Shown here piece after piece: positions 16,739 through 27,837 of a DNA stretch of 62,309 bases. A model generated the notes under the pieces. It made no database searches and was not told the origin of the DNA. It saw only the letters and a program-made list of their open reading frames with translations. Origin of the DNA: an uncultured Bacilli bacterium (GTDB taxonomy: Bacteria > Bacillota_I > Bacilli_A > RF39 > UBA660); NCBI GenBank assembly GCA_947626655.1, contig CANQTA010000002.1, positions 1 through 62,309 on the forward strand. Reading direction: 5' to 3'. The number at the start of each line of letters is the position of its first letter. The stretch's first letter is position 1. A program made the position numbers and the translations under genes.

Positions 16739-19700
16739 CTACATTTTATTTTTAAGTGTTACATTACCTAATTCACTATAATGTTTTAAGCCACTTACTG
16801 CCTTCGAATTACTTGTTAATCTTTCACCTTCATGAGTATTAGCGTCAGTTACCCGATAAAGATTAGCTCTAATATTTGCACTTTCTGCAACCATTCTTTC
16901 ATATTCTGTTTCATCCATAACATATAACCAAGTACCTTTTGATACTTCATAAACTGTTAAATCAGAATTAACTTCAGCAAAAATTAATTGATAACCACCA
17001 TAATATTTTTCTTCATCAAAAGCATCAGCAATTTTTAAAACATTTAACGCTGGACTACCGGCATAAGTTCCTTCAATTATAACTGAACCAGCTTTAATAA
17101 TACCATCAGGTTTATTTTCACAACCATCAGTTAAATAACAATAATCTTCTGCTAATTTCCCAATTGATGCACTATTATCATCTAACATTGTAAAATTAAT
17201 ATTATCTCCTGGTGGCGCAATAATATCTATTTCAGCTCCCGAAATACCTGTCTTATTACCATCAGCTTCAATCTTTACATAAGATACATCATGATACGTC
17301 CAAATTTGACTTTGACTATCAGTACCTTGTTTCATAAAGTATACCGTTGCAGAATTATCATCATTTAATACAAACTCACCAACTCTTGCTTCAGTCCAAT
17401 TAACTTTATCACTACTAACACTAATTTTATATTTCTTAATTGTATTAGCATTTAAACTACCATCTTCATCAACTAAAGCTGTATATTTAATACCACTTAA
17501 TGACATTCTAGTATTCAAATTAATAATTATATAAGCATTTTCATTATCTGTAGCCATATTTAAATTACCATTATTGCTTACTAAGTTCTTAATTCTTTCA
17601 ACACCATTAAACCCTTTATTTAAATCACCATCAATTAAATTATTTACACTTAAATTCTTGTAATCTAATTTATCATCTTCATAATCTACTATTTCATCAG
17701 TACCTTTAAAGTTCGATTCAACAGTAAAATTATCTTTTTTAACACTACCATCATGTTCAATTTTAACTTCTGGTAAAATAACTTCCGCCGTTTTATTTAA
17801 TAATTTATCATAAGCTACAACCTTATAAGTAAATGCTCTATTATTCATTGAACCAATATTATCTGTAAATTCTGTTTTATCACCAGTAACAAATGCAATT
17901 GATTCACCATTTCTGATAATTTCATAACCTAATATTTTATTATTCTCACCAGTTACTCCTAATTCAATAGTAATTCTCTTATCTAAAGTATTGGTATCTT
18001 TAATCTTCGCTACTACTTTTGTAGTATCTAAAATTCCTTCACCACCATTTAATTTATATCTTCTTGCTTCATCATTTAAATAATAAATTGCTCTTTCTTC
18101 TTTTGGTAAATTCAAAGATACTATTTCATTTTTCAAAGTTTCACTTGCTTCTATTCCCCATACTGCAAAATAATCAGTTAAATCTTTTCCAGCTGCCATA
18201 CTTGCAAACAATATTAATAAATCGTCACTCTTATAATTATTAACATTTTTATTATTAACTTTATAATCTCTCGAATATTTATTAATTCTAGCAAATATTG
18301 AATCAGTATCAGTAAAGGTCTTATTATCATCATAAGCTAAATGTAATTGCCAATACATTCCTAATGTTACAAACACATTTTGAGCTTTACCTAAAGTATG
18401 TGATGTTACTTTATCATATATTTTATCGTATATCCCACTACCTTCAAGTCTTGATGTTTCCGTATCATTAACAGTTTGTGCTAAAAGAGCATAAACATTA
18501 TTAGTAACTTCGGCATGAACTAAATTACCTTGATTAATTTGATGTCCAACTTCATGAGAAATACCCCAACCAAAGTAACCAGATGCCGCACTAGCTTTCT
18601 TACCTTGAATTACTCCTGCTATAGAACCATATTCAATTCCCACATGATAACCGCCAGCATACATAAATGCCCCATCAAACATACGCATATAACGAATATT
18701 TATTCTTGCTTTTGGTAATTCATTAATACTTTCAGCAGCATTTTCAGCTAAACCTTTATGACGATAGAACATTAACATCATTTCATCAAACGCTTCTGTT
18801 GATTCATATAAACGATTAATTTTTTCTTCTTCTGTTGTTAAATCAGTATTAATAGCATTTAAAACTGCCTCACTAGAGAATGACCACAAACCATATTTTG
18901 TCACAATTTCTGTTACCCCTAAAGCAGAAGTTTTAGCATTATATGAATAACTAGTTTCTACTCCTTCATAAGCCTTAGTATAAATAGCAGGTAAATTACT
19001 AACAAATTCACTTAACTCATTTATATAATTTTTAATAGCGTCTTTCTTAGCACTTTCAGTTGTTAGTAATGTTGTATCTAAAACCGGTATTTTAACTCCA
19101 CCACTTACTCTTACCTTTATTAAATTATTAACATCAGGTTTTGTCGTATATCTTATATAAACACTACCACCACGTTCATCTGTCGCATTGCCAATTTTAG
19201 GAACTGTTATAACATTTTGACCATTTTGTAATGCAACACTTTTACTCCAAGCACTAGGTTGTGCATAAGTTTGTGTAAATACTGCTTCAATTTTCGCATT
19301 TCCTTTATTTCCTACATAAATTGTTATTTGTTCACCTTCATGAACAGAAACTCCTAAAGGTTGATAATCACTAATAGTCATTGCAAAACCTAAATGATTA
19401 TTATATTGATTAGAAATATTAGGATTTAAAGTTATTACATCATTTTTCGCTGTATCTTTTAATAATTGTTCAGCATAATCTAAATCATTAAGAATTGATT
19501 CCCGATATGGATTATATTCATCATTATCCTTAATATTTGCCCTTTCTCTTAAACTTTGGATTTTTTCTTCAGTTACATCATTTGCTAATTCTACTCTTAA
19601 ATCATCTAAGAATAAAGCTGCAACATCATCTACTAATGAATCATATTCATATAACTTAAATTCCGCTACTTGAATTAATCCACCATTTCCAGTTACGGTT

Positions 19701-21910
19701 AACCCAAATTGCAAAGCATTTGCTTCAATTGGTTCATCTAATTTTAAGACATAATATTTTCTTTTATTTTTATCTTCTTTAGCTATAATCTTAGCTTGTA
19801 CCGTTGTCATATTTGCACTTGTTCTTGTATCACTAGTATTCCAATAACGTATAACATCGTCATTTGTATTAGCATATTTATATGAATAAGGATAACCATC
19901 TGGAACTGTTACAATAAATTCATCCATTTTATATGTATTATCTAAAACAAATACTGGTGCATTTCCATTATAACTATGAGCATTTACTTGCCAATCTTTC
20001 TTTTCCCAATATGTTTGATAATCATCATCAGCCATTGACCATTTATCAGCATCAGTTACATTATTATCTTGATCTTTTCGATAAGATAAACCATCAGTAT
20101 ATATAACATCCATAATATGATCTGTTCTATGTGTCGCATTATTATAAGTATTAATTAATTTATATTTCGGATAAATTGTTGCCGTTTGTTCTAAAGTTGT
20201 TGCATACATATGTTGTGACTCACTACCTTCACCTAAATCATTATTACCCGTTAAATAAGCTTCATATTTAGTTGATGCTTTTAAATTACGAAGTGAATAA
20301 GTATTACCATTAATTTCTCTTATAACAGTCCACTCATCAACTCCTACTTCTCGATAATATAAATTATAAGTTTTGGTATCATCCATCTTTTTCCATCTAA
20401 AATCAATACCAGCATAAGTAGGCTCAGCAAAAACATCATCAACTGCTGGTGGTACTCTAGTTGCTTGTGGAGTAGCTATATATACATCACTCCAACCACT
20501 CCGCCACTCTTGATTGACAGCTCTCACCTTTATTTCATAATTAACATAATTTTTTAAATCTTCAATTGTAAATGTCGTATAAGTTGTTTGAAAAATAACA
20601 TGTTGCATTTTATCGCCATTAATTTCAATTTCATAACCAGTAACATTAGGTACACTTTCAAAAGATACAGTTATTTGTTCACTAACTTTATCATTAATTT
20701 CTACATATTTAGGTGTATAAAAATTTTCAGGTTCTTTAGGTTCAACTTTAACATTATTTAAAAATTCTACTTTCGCAATATCGGCAAGTCTACTCTTTCC
20801 AGGTACTACTACAATAGTAACCTTTTTAACTGCAACTTGACCACCTAAATCAATTACTCTCGTCCCTTCTAAAACATCCTCAGTAAATAAATGAATATCA
20901 TTCATTTCATTATTACTAAAAATAGGTATTGGATCTAATACTTTATCTGCTGTTTCTACTACAACATAACCATCATCTGGTACATTGGTAGAGCCAAAAT
21001 TAATACGAATTTCTTCCATTTCGACAGTTTCGTTATTTTTAGCAAAATCTAAATCTAGTTTAACTTCATCACTCTCTGTTGCCTCTAAAGTAACTACTCC
21101 ATCATTAGTAAAAATACTATTAATATCTCCCACTACATTTGCATTTGTATTTAAGGTAACATTTTCATTACTTAAAATAATATTAGTATTTTGAATTTTA
21201 ACTCCCATTGCCTCATTAACAATATTAGCAGTAATATAATTTAAATCAGCTATATCTACAATACCATCTAAATTTAAATCTTTAGTTATATCATTTTCTT
21301 GAATAGCTTTTAACATTTCATTAATATCTTTATTATCTATTACTTTATCATTATTAATATCACCAATAGCAAACATTCCTTTTTCATTAGTAATACTTAC
21401 TCTTTTAGAATAATCATCTAAAGTAACAGAAGTTTCAAAATCTACAAAATGCTTACCACTTAATTTAATTTTATAAGTTCCCTTAGCTAAGTTATAAATA
21501 TTAACTGCATAATAAACAATATTTTGAGTACTATCATAACCTTGTAATAAGTTACCATCATTATCCATTTTATAAGAAGTAACTCTAATATCTTTCCTAT
21601 CTATACCACTTTTATCAACATAATAACCATTTTCTTCATTGATATTAGTACTAGCTAGCAAAGTATCCCCAAGATATAATTCTAAATTAATATCACAATC
21701 TTTTGTATTTCGAATCGGTAAAGCCAAATGCGTCTCTATTTCTAAAGTGCCATTTGCCAATCCATCACTACTACTTTCTTCTTCTAAATTTGTTATATTT
21801 TTAGTTTGTTGTTCATTTAAATTTTCTAATGCTTTTACTAAAGGTGCACATTCATTAAATGCTATAATACTCACTAAAAATAATGCTATAAATTTTTTAA
21901 ACAGTTTCAT
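16739..21910 (-). CDS. giant secreted M60-like (enhancin-type) zinc metallopeptidase with an N-proximal dockerin, FN3-like and discoidin-like modules
   Basis: Signal peptide from the internal MKLFKKF (SD GAGGAG 6 nt upstream). Dockerin duplicate DINNDKVIDNKD / DLNLDGIVDIAD at 21221-21364. GWGISHEVGHQINQG, with HEVGH at 18542-18556. Confidence 0.78.
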   Translation of the reverse strand: MKLFKKFIALFLVSIIAFNECAPLVKALENLNEQQTKNITNLEEESSSDGLANGTLEIETHLALPIRNTKDCDINLELYLGDTLLASTNINEENGYYVDKSGIDRKDIRVTSYKMDNDGNLLQGYDSTQNIVYYAVNIYNLAKGTYKIKLSGKHFVDFETSVTLDDYSKRVSITNEKGMFAIGDINNDKVIDNKDINEMLKAIQENDITKDLNLDGIVDIADLNYITANIVNEAMGVKIQNTNIILSNENVTLNTNANVVGDINSIFTNDGVVTLEATESDEVKLDLDFAKNNETVEMEEIRINFGSTNVPDDGYVVVETADKVLDPIPIFSNNEMNDIHLFTEDVLEGTRVIDLGGQVAVKKVTIVVVPGKSRLADIAKVEFLNNVKVEPKEPENFYTPKYVEINDKVSEQITVSFESVPNVTGYEIEINGDKMQHVIFQTTYTTFTIEDLKNYVNYEIKVRAVNQEWRSGWSDVYIATPQATRVPPAVDDVFAEPTYAGIDFRWKKMDDTKTYNLYYREVGVDEWTVIREINGNTYSLRNLKASTKYEAYLTGNNDLGEGSESQHMYATTLEQTATIYPKYKLINTYNNATHRTDHIMDVIYTDGLSYRKDQDNNVTDADKWSMADDDYQTYWEKKDWQVNAHSYNGNAPVFVLDNTYKMDEFIVTVPDGYPYSYKYANTNDDVIRYWNTSDTRTSANMTTVQAKIIAKEDKNKRKYYVLKLDEPIEANALQFGLTVTGNGGLIQVAEFKLYEYDSLVDDVAALFLDDLRVELANDVTEEKIQSLRERANIKDNDEYNPYRESILNDLDYAEQLLKDTAKNDVITLNPNISNQYNNHLGFAMTISDYQPLGVSVHEGEQITIYVGNKGNAKIEAVFTQTYAQPSAWSKSVALQNGQNVITVPKIGNATDERGGSVYIRYTTKPDVNNLIKVRVSGGVKIPVLDTTLLTTESAKKDAIKNYINELSEFVSNLPAIYTKAYEGVETSYSYNAKTSALGVTEIVTKYGLWSFSSEAVLNAINTDLTTEEEKINRLYESTEAFDEMMLMFYRHKGLAENAAESINELPKARINIRYMRMFDGAFMYAGGYHVGIEYGSIAGVIQGKKASAASGYFGWGISHEVGHQINQGNLVHAEVTNNVYALLAQTVNDTETSRLEGSGIYDKIYDKVTSHTLGKAQNVFVTLGMYWQLHLAYDDNKTFTDTDSIFARINKYSRDYKVNNKNVNNYKSDDLLILFASMAAGKDLTDYFAVWGIEASETLKNEIVSLNLPKEERAIYYLNDEARRYKLNGGEGILDTTKVVAKIKDTNTLDKRITIELGVTGENNKILGYEIIRNGESIAFVTGDKTEFTDNIGSMNNRAFTYKVVAYDKLLNKTAEVILPEVKIEHDGSVKKDNFTVESNFKGTDEIVDYEDDKLDYKNLSVNNLIDGDLNKGFNGVERIKNLVSNNGNLNMATDNENAYIIINLNTRMSLSGIKYTALVDEDGSLNANTIKKYKISVSSDKVNWTEARVGEFVLNDDNSATVYFMKQGTDSQSQIWTYHDVSYVKIEADGNKTGISGAEIDIIAPPGDNINFTMLDDNSASIGKLAEDYCYLTDGCENKPDGIIKAGSVIIEGTYAGSPALNVLKIADAFDEEKYYGGYQLIFAEVNSDLTVYEVSKGTWLYVMDETEYERMVAESANIRANLYRVTDANTHEGERLTSNSKAVSGLKHYSELGNVTLKNKM

Positions 21911-21982
21911 ACACATCTCCTCACTAACATTATATTTAATAATCTTTTTTTAGTCAATTAAAACCATCTAAATTTTCCTAAA

Positions 21983-22198
21983 TTATTTCTCATCATCATA
22001 ATAATAATCATCTTCATCTAATGGAACATCAGAATCTTCAAAATTATATGGTTCATAATTTCCTTTTTTTACTTCTTCTCTTTCATAATCATCTAAATTA
22101 TATAAATCCATTTCTTCATCTAACTCTTTTTCTTTATTAGCTTGTTCTTGTTCATTTAATACCTCATTTAAACCCAAAATAAATTTAAATAATCCCAT
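21983..22198 (-). CDS. small highly acidic protein (71 aa)
   Basis: SD GAGGATGTGA. Composition is D/E/Y rich (DEDDYYYDDEK end). No known motif. Confidence 0.45.
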   Translation of the reverse strand: MGLFKFILGLNEVLNEQEQANKEKELDEEMDLYNLDDYEREEVKKGNYEPYNFEDSDVPLDEDDYYYDDEK

Positions 22199-22219
22199 AA
22201 TATCACATCCTCATCAATA

Positions 22220-23245
22220 TTATATCATATCATTTTTAATCGCCAAAATTTTTTTACTAATTATACCTTCTTCATCTTCTAAAACCACCCAATTGCATTT
22301 ACCATTATAATCTTTCAAAGGTGCTTCCATAATATTACCATAAGTATCCACTATTTTAATATCTTTATCATTTATTCCAATACAAAAATAAAATTCAAAA
22401 TTTAATATATCCTCTATTAAAGTACTAGTCTCATCAATATATTTTACCTTACAAAATTTTTTATATTTTTTCTTATTTTTAATTGCCAACAAAACTGCAT
22501 ATAAATGTGAACAACACTCATTAGTTTGACAAGAACAACTCATTTTAAGTTCTTTAAGTTCCTTATCATAATCTACTTCTATAAAATAATTTTCTTCATC
22601 AGCTATTAAAGCATAATAATTATTACCAATTTTTTCTAAATATTTAAACCAATTCTTTTCATAATATATTTTTCCTAACTCCCGTGTTTTTTCATCAAAA
22701 ATCAATTTTAAATCATCATTAAATAAGTCAAAATTTTTTCTCGCATTATTTTCATATTTTTTAACCGAATTAGTTAACTCTGCTAATAATTCAAATAAAA
22801 ATATATCTAATTTTTTAGGTAATTCATTAAAAACAAACACAAAAATATCTGCTAAAAAATTATATTCTTTGGGAATATATTTATTAAAAGAAAGACTCAA
22901 TTCTTTCTTAATAAATTTATTTTTTATTTTTAAACTAACATAATTAGCTTCATCAATATTCCCAATTTTCTTAAACTTATTAGTATATAAACAACTAATA
23001 ATTAAAATTTTATTTACTAAATAGTTCAATATTGGTCCTGACATAATATATTTTTCAATACTATCCTCAAATATTGTATCTAAATCAATAAAAAATATTT
23101 TATAAAAATTTTCTTTTTCCATATAATTTATTCTAATATAAAAATTATAATTTTCATAATTTTTTAAAATAATCTCTAGTATTAAATCACGCTCTTTAAA
23201 AAATTTATTTACTTTTTCTAAATTTTTATCAACATTAATTAACAT
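22220..23245 (-). CDS. SWIM zinc-finger domain protein
   Basis: CSCQTNECCSHLYAV fits CxC...CxH. Start moved to MLINVDK after CGGAGGA. Confidence 0.5.
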   Translation of the reverse strand: MLINVDKNLEKVNKFFKERDLILEIILKNYENYNFYIRINYMEKENFYKIFFIDLDTIFEDSIEKYIMSGPILNYLVNKILIISCLYTNKFKKIGNIDEANYVSLKIKNKFIKKELSLSFNKYIPKEYNFLADIFVFVFNELPKKLDIFLFELLAELTNSVKKYENNARKNFDLFNDDLKLIFDEKTRELGKIYYEKNWFKYLEKIGNNYYALIADEENYFIEVDYDKELKELKMSCSCQTNECCSHLYAVLLAIKNKKKYKKFCKVKYIDETSTLIEDILNFEFYFCIGINDKDIKIVDTYGNIMEAPLKDYNGKCNWVVLEDEEGIISKKILAIKNDMI

Positions 23246-23437
23246 ATTCCAAAATCCTCCGAAAAAAAGAGAAAGATCGAATCTTTCCCTCAATACAAAA
23301 TCAATTTACCATTTATAAAAATCATTTGCAATATTTTCGACAAATGATGTCAAAATTTTCGGATTAAAAGTCTACATCAAAGCCAAATAATAAATATCAC
23401 TTCAAAAATTTAACATCTTATATAAATTCCTATTACA

Positions 23438-23461
23438 TAAAAAAAAGTAGCCGTAGCTACT
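23438..23461 (-). terminator. intrinsic terminator of tuf
   Basis: Minus strand AGTAGC-TACG-GCTACT overlaps the TAG stop and is followed by T8. Confidence 0.7.
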
Positions 23462-24629
23462 ATTTTATTATTTCTGATACTACACCAGCACCAACAGTAC
23501 GTCCACCTTCACGAATTGAGAATTGAGTACCATTTTCTAGTGCAACAGGTGCAATAAGTTCAACTGTCATATCAACATTATCACCAGGCATAACCATTTC
23601 AACACCAGCTGGTAACTCGATAACACCAGTTACATCAGTTGTACGGAAATAGAATTGTGGACGATAATTTGAGAAGAATGGAGTATGACGTCCGCCTTCT
23701 TCTTTAGATAAGACATACACACTAGCTTTAAACTTAGTATGAGGTGTAACGCTTCCAGGTTTAGCTAAAACTTGTCCACGTTCAACATCTTCACGAGCAA
23801 TACCACGAAGAAGTACACCAGCATTATCACCAGCTTGAGCGTAATCTAATGATTTACGGAACATTTCAATACCAGTAACAACAGTCTTTTGAGTAGGTTT
23901 TAAACCAACGATTTCAACTTCATCATTAAGTTTTAACATACCTCTTTCAACACGTCCAGTAACAACTGTACCACGTCCTGAAATAGTAAATACGTCTTCA
24001 ATACTCATTAAGAATGGTTTATCAGTATCTCTTACTGGAGCATCAATATATGAATCAACAGCAGCCATTAAATCACGAATTGATTGAGCAGCAGCTTCAT
24101 CACCTTCCAATGCTTTAAGTGCACTACCACGAATGATAGGACATTCAGAATCGAAACCATATTCTCCAAGTAATTCTCTGATTTCCATTTCAACTAAGTC
24201 TAATAATTCTGGATCATCAACTTGATCACATTTATTCATGTAAACAACAATCTTAGGCACACCAACTTGACGAGAAAGTAAAATATGTTCTCTAGTTTGT
24301 GGCATTGGACCATCAGCTGCAGAAACAACAAGGATAGCACCATCCATTTGAGCAGCACCAGTAATCATGTTTTTAACATAATCGGCATGTCCTGGACAGT
24401 CAACGTGAGCATAATGACGTTTTTCAGTTTCATACTCAACGTGAGCAGTATTAATTGTAATACCTCTTTCCCTTTCTTCTGGAGCTTTGTCGATATTTTC
24501 ATAAGCGACAAATTCTTTACCAAAATATTTAGTGATCGCAGCAGTTAATGTAGTTTTACCATGGTCAACGTGTCCAATAGTACCTATATTAACGTGTTCT
24601 TTTGAACGATCGAATTTTTCTCTTGCCAT
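23460..24629 (-). CDS. tuf: translation elongation factor Tu
   Basis: [18 protein letters not shown] and NKCD GTPase motifs, with full-length similarity. Confidence 0.98.
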   Translation of the reverse strand: MAREKFDRSKEHVNIGTIGHVDHGKTTLTAAITKYFGKEFVAYENIDKAPEERERGITINTAHVEYETEKRHYAHVDCPGHADYVKNMITGAAQMDGAILVVSAADGPMPQTREHILLSRQVGVPKIVVYMNKCDQVDDPELLDLVEMEIRELLGEYGFDSECPIIRGSALKALEGDEAAAQSIRDLMAAVDSYIDAPVRDTDKPFLMSIEDVFTISGRGTVVTGRVERGMLKLNDEVEIVGLKPTQKTVVTGIEMFRKSLDYAQAGDNAGVLLRGIAREDVERGQVLAKPGSVTPHTKFKASVYVLSKEEGGRHTPFFSNYRPQFYFRTTDVTGVIELPAGVEMVMPGDNVDMTVELIAPVALENGTQFSIREGGRTVGAGVVSEIIK

Positions 24630-24701
24630 ATAATATTTTTCTCTCCTTTCACTTTACTATTATATTTTATCTAATGCTTGAAAATTTTTCAAGTATTATT
24701 C

Positions 24702-26777
24702 TTAATTAATGCTGTTTTTCTTAATAATTTCATCAGCAATATTCTTTGGTACTTCTTCATAATGATCTAAGCTCATTGTAAATGTACCACGTCCTTGTGA
24801 ATTAGAACGAAGGGTTGTCATATATCCAAACATTTCTGCTAAAGGAACCATAGCATTAATAGATAAGGCATTTCCTCTAGATTCATTTCCTAAAGGTTTT
24901 CCACGTCTACTAGTTAAATCTCCCATAACATTACCCATATATTCTTCAGGAACAACGACTTCTACTTTCATAATTGGTTCTAAAAGTACTGGTTTACATT
25001 TTTTAGAAGCTTCTTTTAAAGCCATGGAAGCAGCGATTTTGAAAGCCATTTCTGATGAATCGACATCATGATAAGATCCATCGAATAATGTTGCTTTAAC
25101 ATCAACTACTGGATATCCGGCAATCATACCACCAGCCATTGCTTCTTGTAATCCTTTATCAGTTACTGGTATATATTCCCGAGGAACTACACCACCAACG
25201 ATAGCATCCACAAATTCATAACCTTTTTCTGGATTAGGTTCAAATTTAACCCATACATGACCATATTGTCCACGACCACCAGATTGTTTAATATATTTAC
25301 CTTCACAATCAGCTGGAACTGTAATTGTCTCACGATAAGCTACTTGTGGACGACCAATATTAGCCTCTACTCCAAATTCATCTTTCATCCGACGAACTAA
25401 TACTTCTAAGTGTAATTCGCCCATCCCACTTATAACTGTTTGGCCAGTTTCTGGATCAGTTTTATATTTGAAAGTTGGATCTTCCTCAGCAAGTTTTTGT
25501 AATGCCACTCCGAGTTTTTCTTGGTCAGCTTTACTTTTTGGTTCAATTGCTTCATCAATAACTGGAGCAGGGAATTCCATACCATTCATAATAACTGGAT
25601 TTTTTTCATCACATAAAGTATCAGCTGTTGTTGTATTCTTTAATCCAACTAATGCAGCAATTTCACCTGTATAAACATCAGTTATTTCTTTTCTTTGGTT
25701 AGCATGCATTTGTAAAATACGACCAACTCTTTCTTTAACACCTTTCGTACTATTCAAAATATAGGAACCACTTGATAAATGTCCAGAATAAACTCTAAAG
25801 AATGCTAAACGTCCAACATATGGATCAGTCATAATTTTAAATGCCATTGCTGTAAATGGTTCTGAATCACTTGGATGCCTTTTAACAAGATTTCCTTTTT
25901 CATCAGTACAATCAATTGCTTCAATATCAGTTGGAGCAGGCATATAATCTATTACAGCATCAAGTGCTAACTTAACACCCGTATTAGATAAAGCACTTCC
26001 ACATAATACTGGGAAAAATTCAGCGGCCAAAACGCCTTTTCTAATAGCACTTTTTATTTCTGCAACTGTTAATTCTTCACCACTTAAGTATTTTTCCATT
26101 AACGCATCATCAAATTCAACAGCTTTTTCTACTAATTCTAATCTTTTAGTAGCTACTATATCTTTTAAATCATCTGGAATTGGAATTTCTTTATAATTTT
26201 CATGTTCATCAGTTCTATCAAAAGTATAAGCTTTTTGTTCAATTAAATCTACAATACCATGAAAATCATTTTCAGCTCCAATTGGCCATTGAATAGGAGC
26301 ATAATTAACACCTAATCTCTTTCCAATTGTATCTAATGAAAATTCAAAATCAGCCCCAAGTTTATCCATTTTATTAACAAATATCATTCTTGGTACTTTG
26401 TATTCTGTAGCTTGACGCCATACTGTTTCACTTTGTGGTTCAACCCCAGCATTACCATCAAGTAAGCATATAGAACCATCAAGTACTCTTAAACTTCTTT
26501 GAACTTCTACAGTAAAATCAACGTGTCCTGGGGTATCTATTATATTTAAACGATATCCCTTCCAGTGTGCAGTAGTAGCAGCACTAGTAATTGTTATACC
26601 ACGTTCCTTTTCTTGTTCCATCCAATCCATTTGAGATTCACCATCATGTGTTTCTCCAATTTTGTGTGTAATACCAGTATGAAATAAAACTCTTTCAGTA
26701 AAAGTAGTTTTACCAGCATCAATATGTGCCATTATACCAATATTACGAACTTTGTCAATAGTTACATCTCTTGCCAT
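24702..26777 (-). CDS. fusA: translation elongation factor G
   Basis: [17 protein letters not shown] and NKMD motifs. Start set at the conserved MARDVT rather than the upstream MVID extension. Confidence 0.96.
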   Translation of the reverse strand: MARDVTIDKVRNIGIMAHIDAGKTTFTERVLFHTGITHKIGETHDGESQMDWMEQEKERGITITSAATTAHWKGYRLNIIDTPGHVDFTVEVQRSLRVLDGSICLLDGNAGVEPQSETVWRQATEYKVPRMIFVNKMDKLGADFEFSLDTIGKRLGVNYAPIQWPIGAENDFHGIVDLIEQKAYTFDRTDEHENYKEIPIPDDLKDIVATKRLELVEKAVEFDDALMEKYLSGEELTVAEIKSAIRKGVLAAEFFPVLCGSALSNTGVKLALDAVIDYMPAPTDIEAIDCTDEKGNLVKRHPSDSEPFTAMAFKIMTDPYVGRLAFFRVYSGHLSSGSYILNSTKGVKERVGRILQMHANQRKEITDVYTGEIAALVGLKNTTTADTLCDEKNPVIMNGMEFPAPVIDEAIEPKSKADQEKLGVALQKLAEEDPTFKYKTDPETGQTVISGMGELHLEVLVRRMKDEFGVEANIGRPQVAYRETITVPADCEGKYIKQSGGRGQYGHVWVKFEPNPEKGYEFVDAIVGGVVPREYIPVTDKGLQEAMAGGMIAGYPVVDVKATLFDGSYHDVDSSEMAFKIAASMALKEASKKCKPVLLEPIMKVEVVVPEEYMGNVMGDLTSRRGKPLGNESRGNALSINAMVPLAEMFGYMTTLRSNSQGRGTFTMSLDHYEEVPKNIADEIIKKNSIN

Positions 26778-26782
26778 ATCAA

Positions 26783-27250
26783 TTACCATCTATAATGAGC
26801 AAATGCTTTATTAGCTTCGGCCATTTTATGAGTATCTTCACGTTTTTTAACGGCTCCACCAACGCCATTTGAAGCATCAATAATTTCATTTGCTAAATTT
26901 ATAGCCATTCCCTTTCCATTTCTTAATTTTGCATAATTAACTAACCAACGCAATGCTAAAGTTTGCGCTCTTTCATCACTAACTTCCATTGGTACTTGGT
27001 AGTTAGAACCACCAACACGACGTGATTTTACTTCAAGTGCTGGGCTAATATTCTTAAGTGCTTCTGCATAAACATCCATTGCTTTCTTACCAGTTTGCTT
27101 TTCTACAATTTCAAAAGCTTCATAAAGGATTTTTTCAGCAGTACCTTTTTTACCATCTAACATAATTGCATTTACAAGTTTAGTAACAACTTTTGAATTA
27201 TATATAGGATCTGGTAAAACATCTCTTTTTATTGCTCTTTTCTTACGCAT
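26783..27250 (-). CDS. rpsG: 30S ribosomal protein S7
   Basis: Full-length S7 similarity, ending ...AFAHYRW. Confidence 0.97.
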   Translation of the reverse strand: MRKKRAIKRDVLPDPIYNSKVVTKLVNAIMLDGKKGTAEKILYEAFEIVEKQTGKKAMDVYAEALKNISPALEVKSRRVGGSNYQVPMEVSDERAQTLALRWLVNYAKLRNGKGMAINLANEIIDASNGVGGAVKKREDTHKMAEANKAFAHYRW

Positions 27251-27283
27251 TTTAATTCCTCCTTTTCTTTATTTTTTTAATTA

Positions 27284-27694
27284 TTATTTACCTTTTTTTG
27301 TACCATATCTACTACGAGCTTGTTTACGATTTTCAACACCATGAGTATCAAGAGTACCACGGACAATATGATAACGAACACCGATTAAGTCTTTAACACG
27401 ACCACCACGAACAAGTACTACACTATGTTCTTGTAAGTTATGTCCTTCACCAGGTATGTATGCATCGATTTCTTTTCCATTAGAAAGTCTTACCCGTGCA
27501 TATTTACGAAGTGCTGAGTTAGGTTTCTTTGGTGTCTTAGTTCCTACCCTAGTACATACGCCTCTTTTTTGTGGACTTTTAACATCAGTTTGTTTTCTTT
27601 CAAGTGTATTAAATCCAACATTAAGTACTGGACTCTTACTTTTTCTAGTCTTCTTTCCACGATTTTTCTTTACTAATTGATTTATTGTTGGCAT
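27284..27694 (-). CDS. rpsL: 30S ribosomal protein S12
   Basis: MPTINQL...[10 protein letters not shown] motif. Confidence 0.97.
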   Translation of the reverse strand: MPTINQLVKKNRGKKTRKSKSPVLNVGFNTLERKQTDVKSPQKRGVCTRVGTKTPKKPNSALRKYARVRLSNGKEIDAYIPGEGHNLQEHSVVLVRGGRVKDLIGVRYHIVRGTLDTHGVENRKQARSRYGTKKGK

Positions 27695-27792
27695 GTATTT
27701 TCTCTCCTCCCTATTAACACGAATCCAAGTGTGTCAAAATATTTTTTAAATTAAGTCCTACTCAAGGTAGAACCTAAATAAAACGCGATATT

Positions 27793-27822
27793 AATATACC
27801 ATTTTATTATATGTCTTGTCAA
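27793..27822 (-). promoter_or_regulatory. candidate str-operon promoter
   Basis: Minus strand TTGACA (27817-27822), 18-nt spacer, TGgTATATT (27793-27798). Confidence 0.5.
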
Positions 27823-27837
27823 CATTTTTTAATACTT

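Noticed and set aside
16010-21953. Track ORFs 16010-16237, 18530-18718, 20985-21194 and 21639-21953 on the + strand
   Set aside because: They are antisense shadows of the cohesin-like and M60 genes, with I/L/F-rich nonsense composition.
26778-26789. fusA start at 26789 overlapping the rpsG stop (MVID extension)
   Set aside because: EF-G orthologs begin MAR(E/D)..., and the internal ATG at 26777 restores this. Neither start has a strong SD, so this remains a judgement call.
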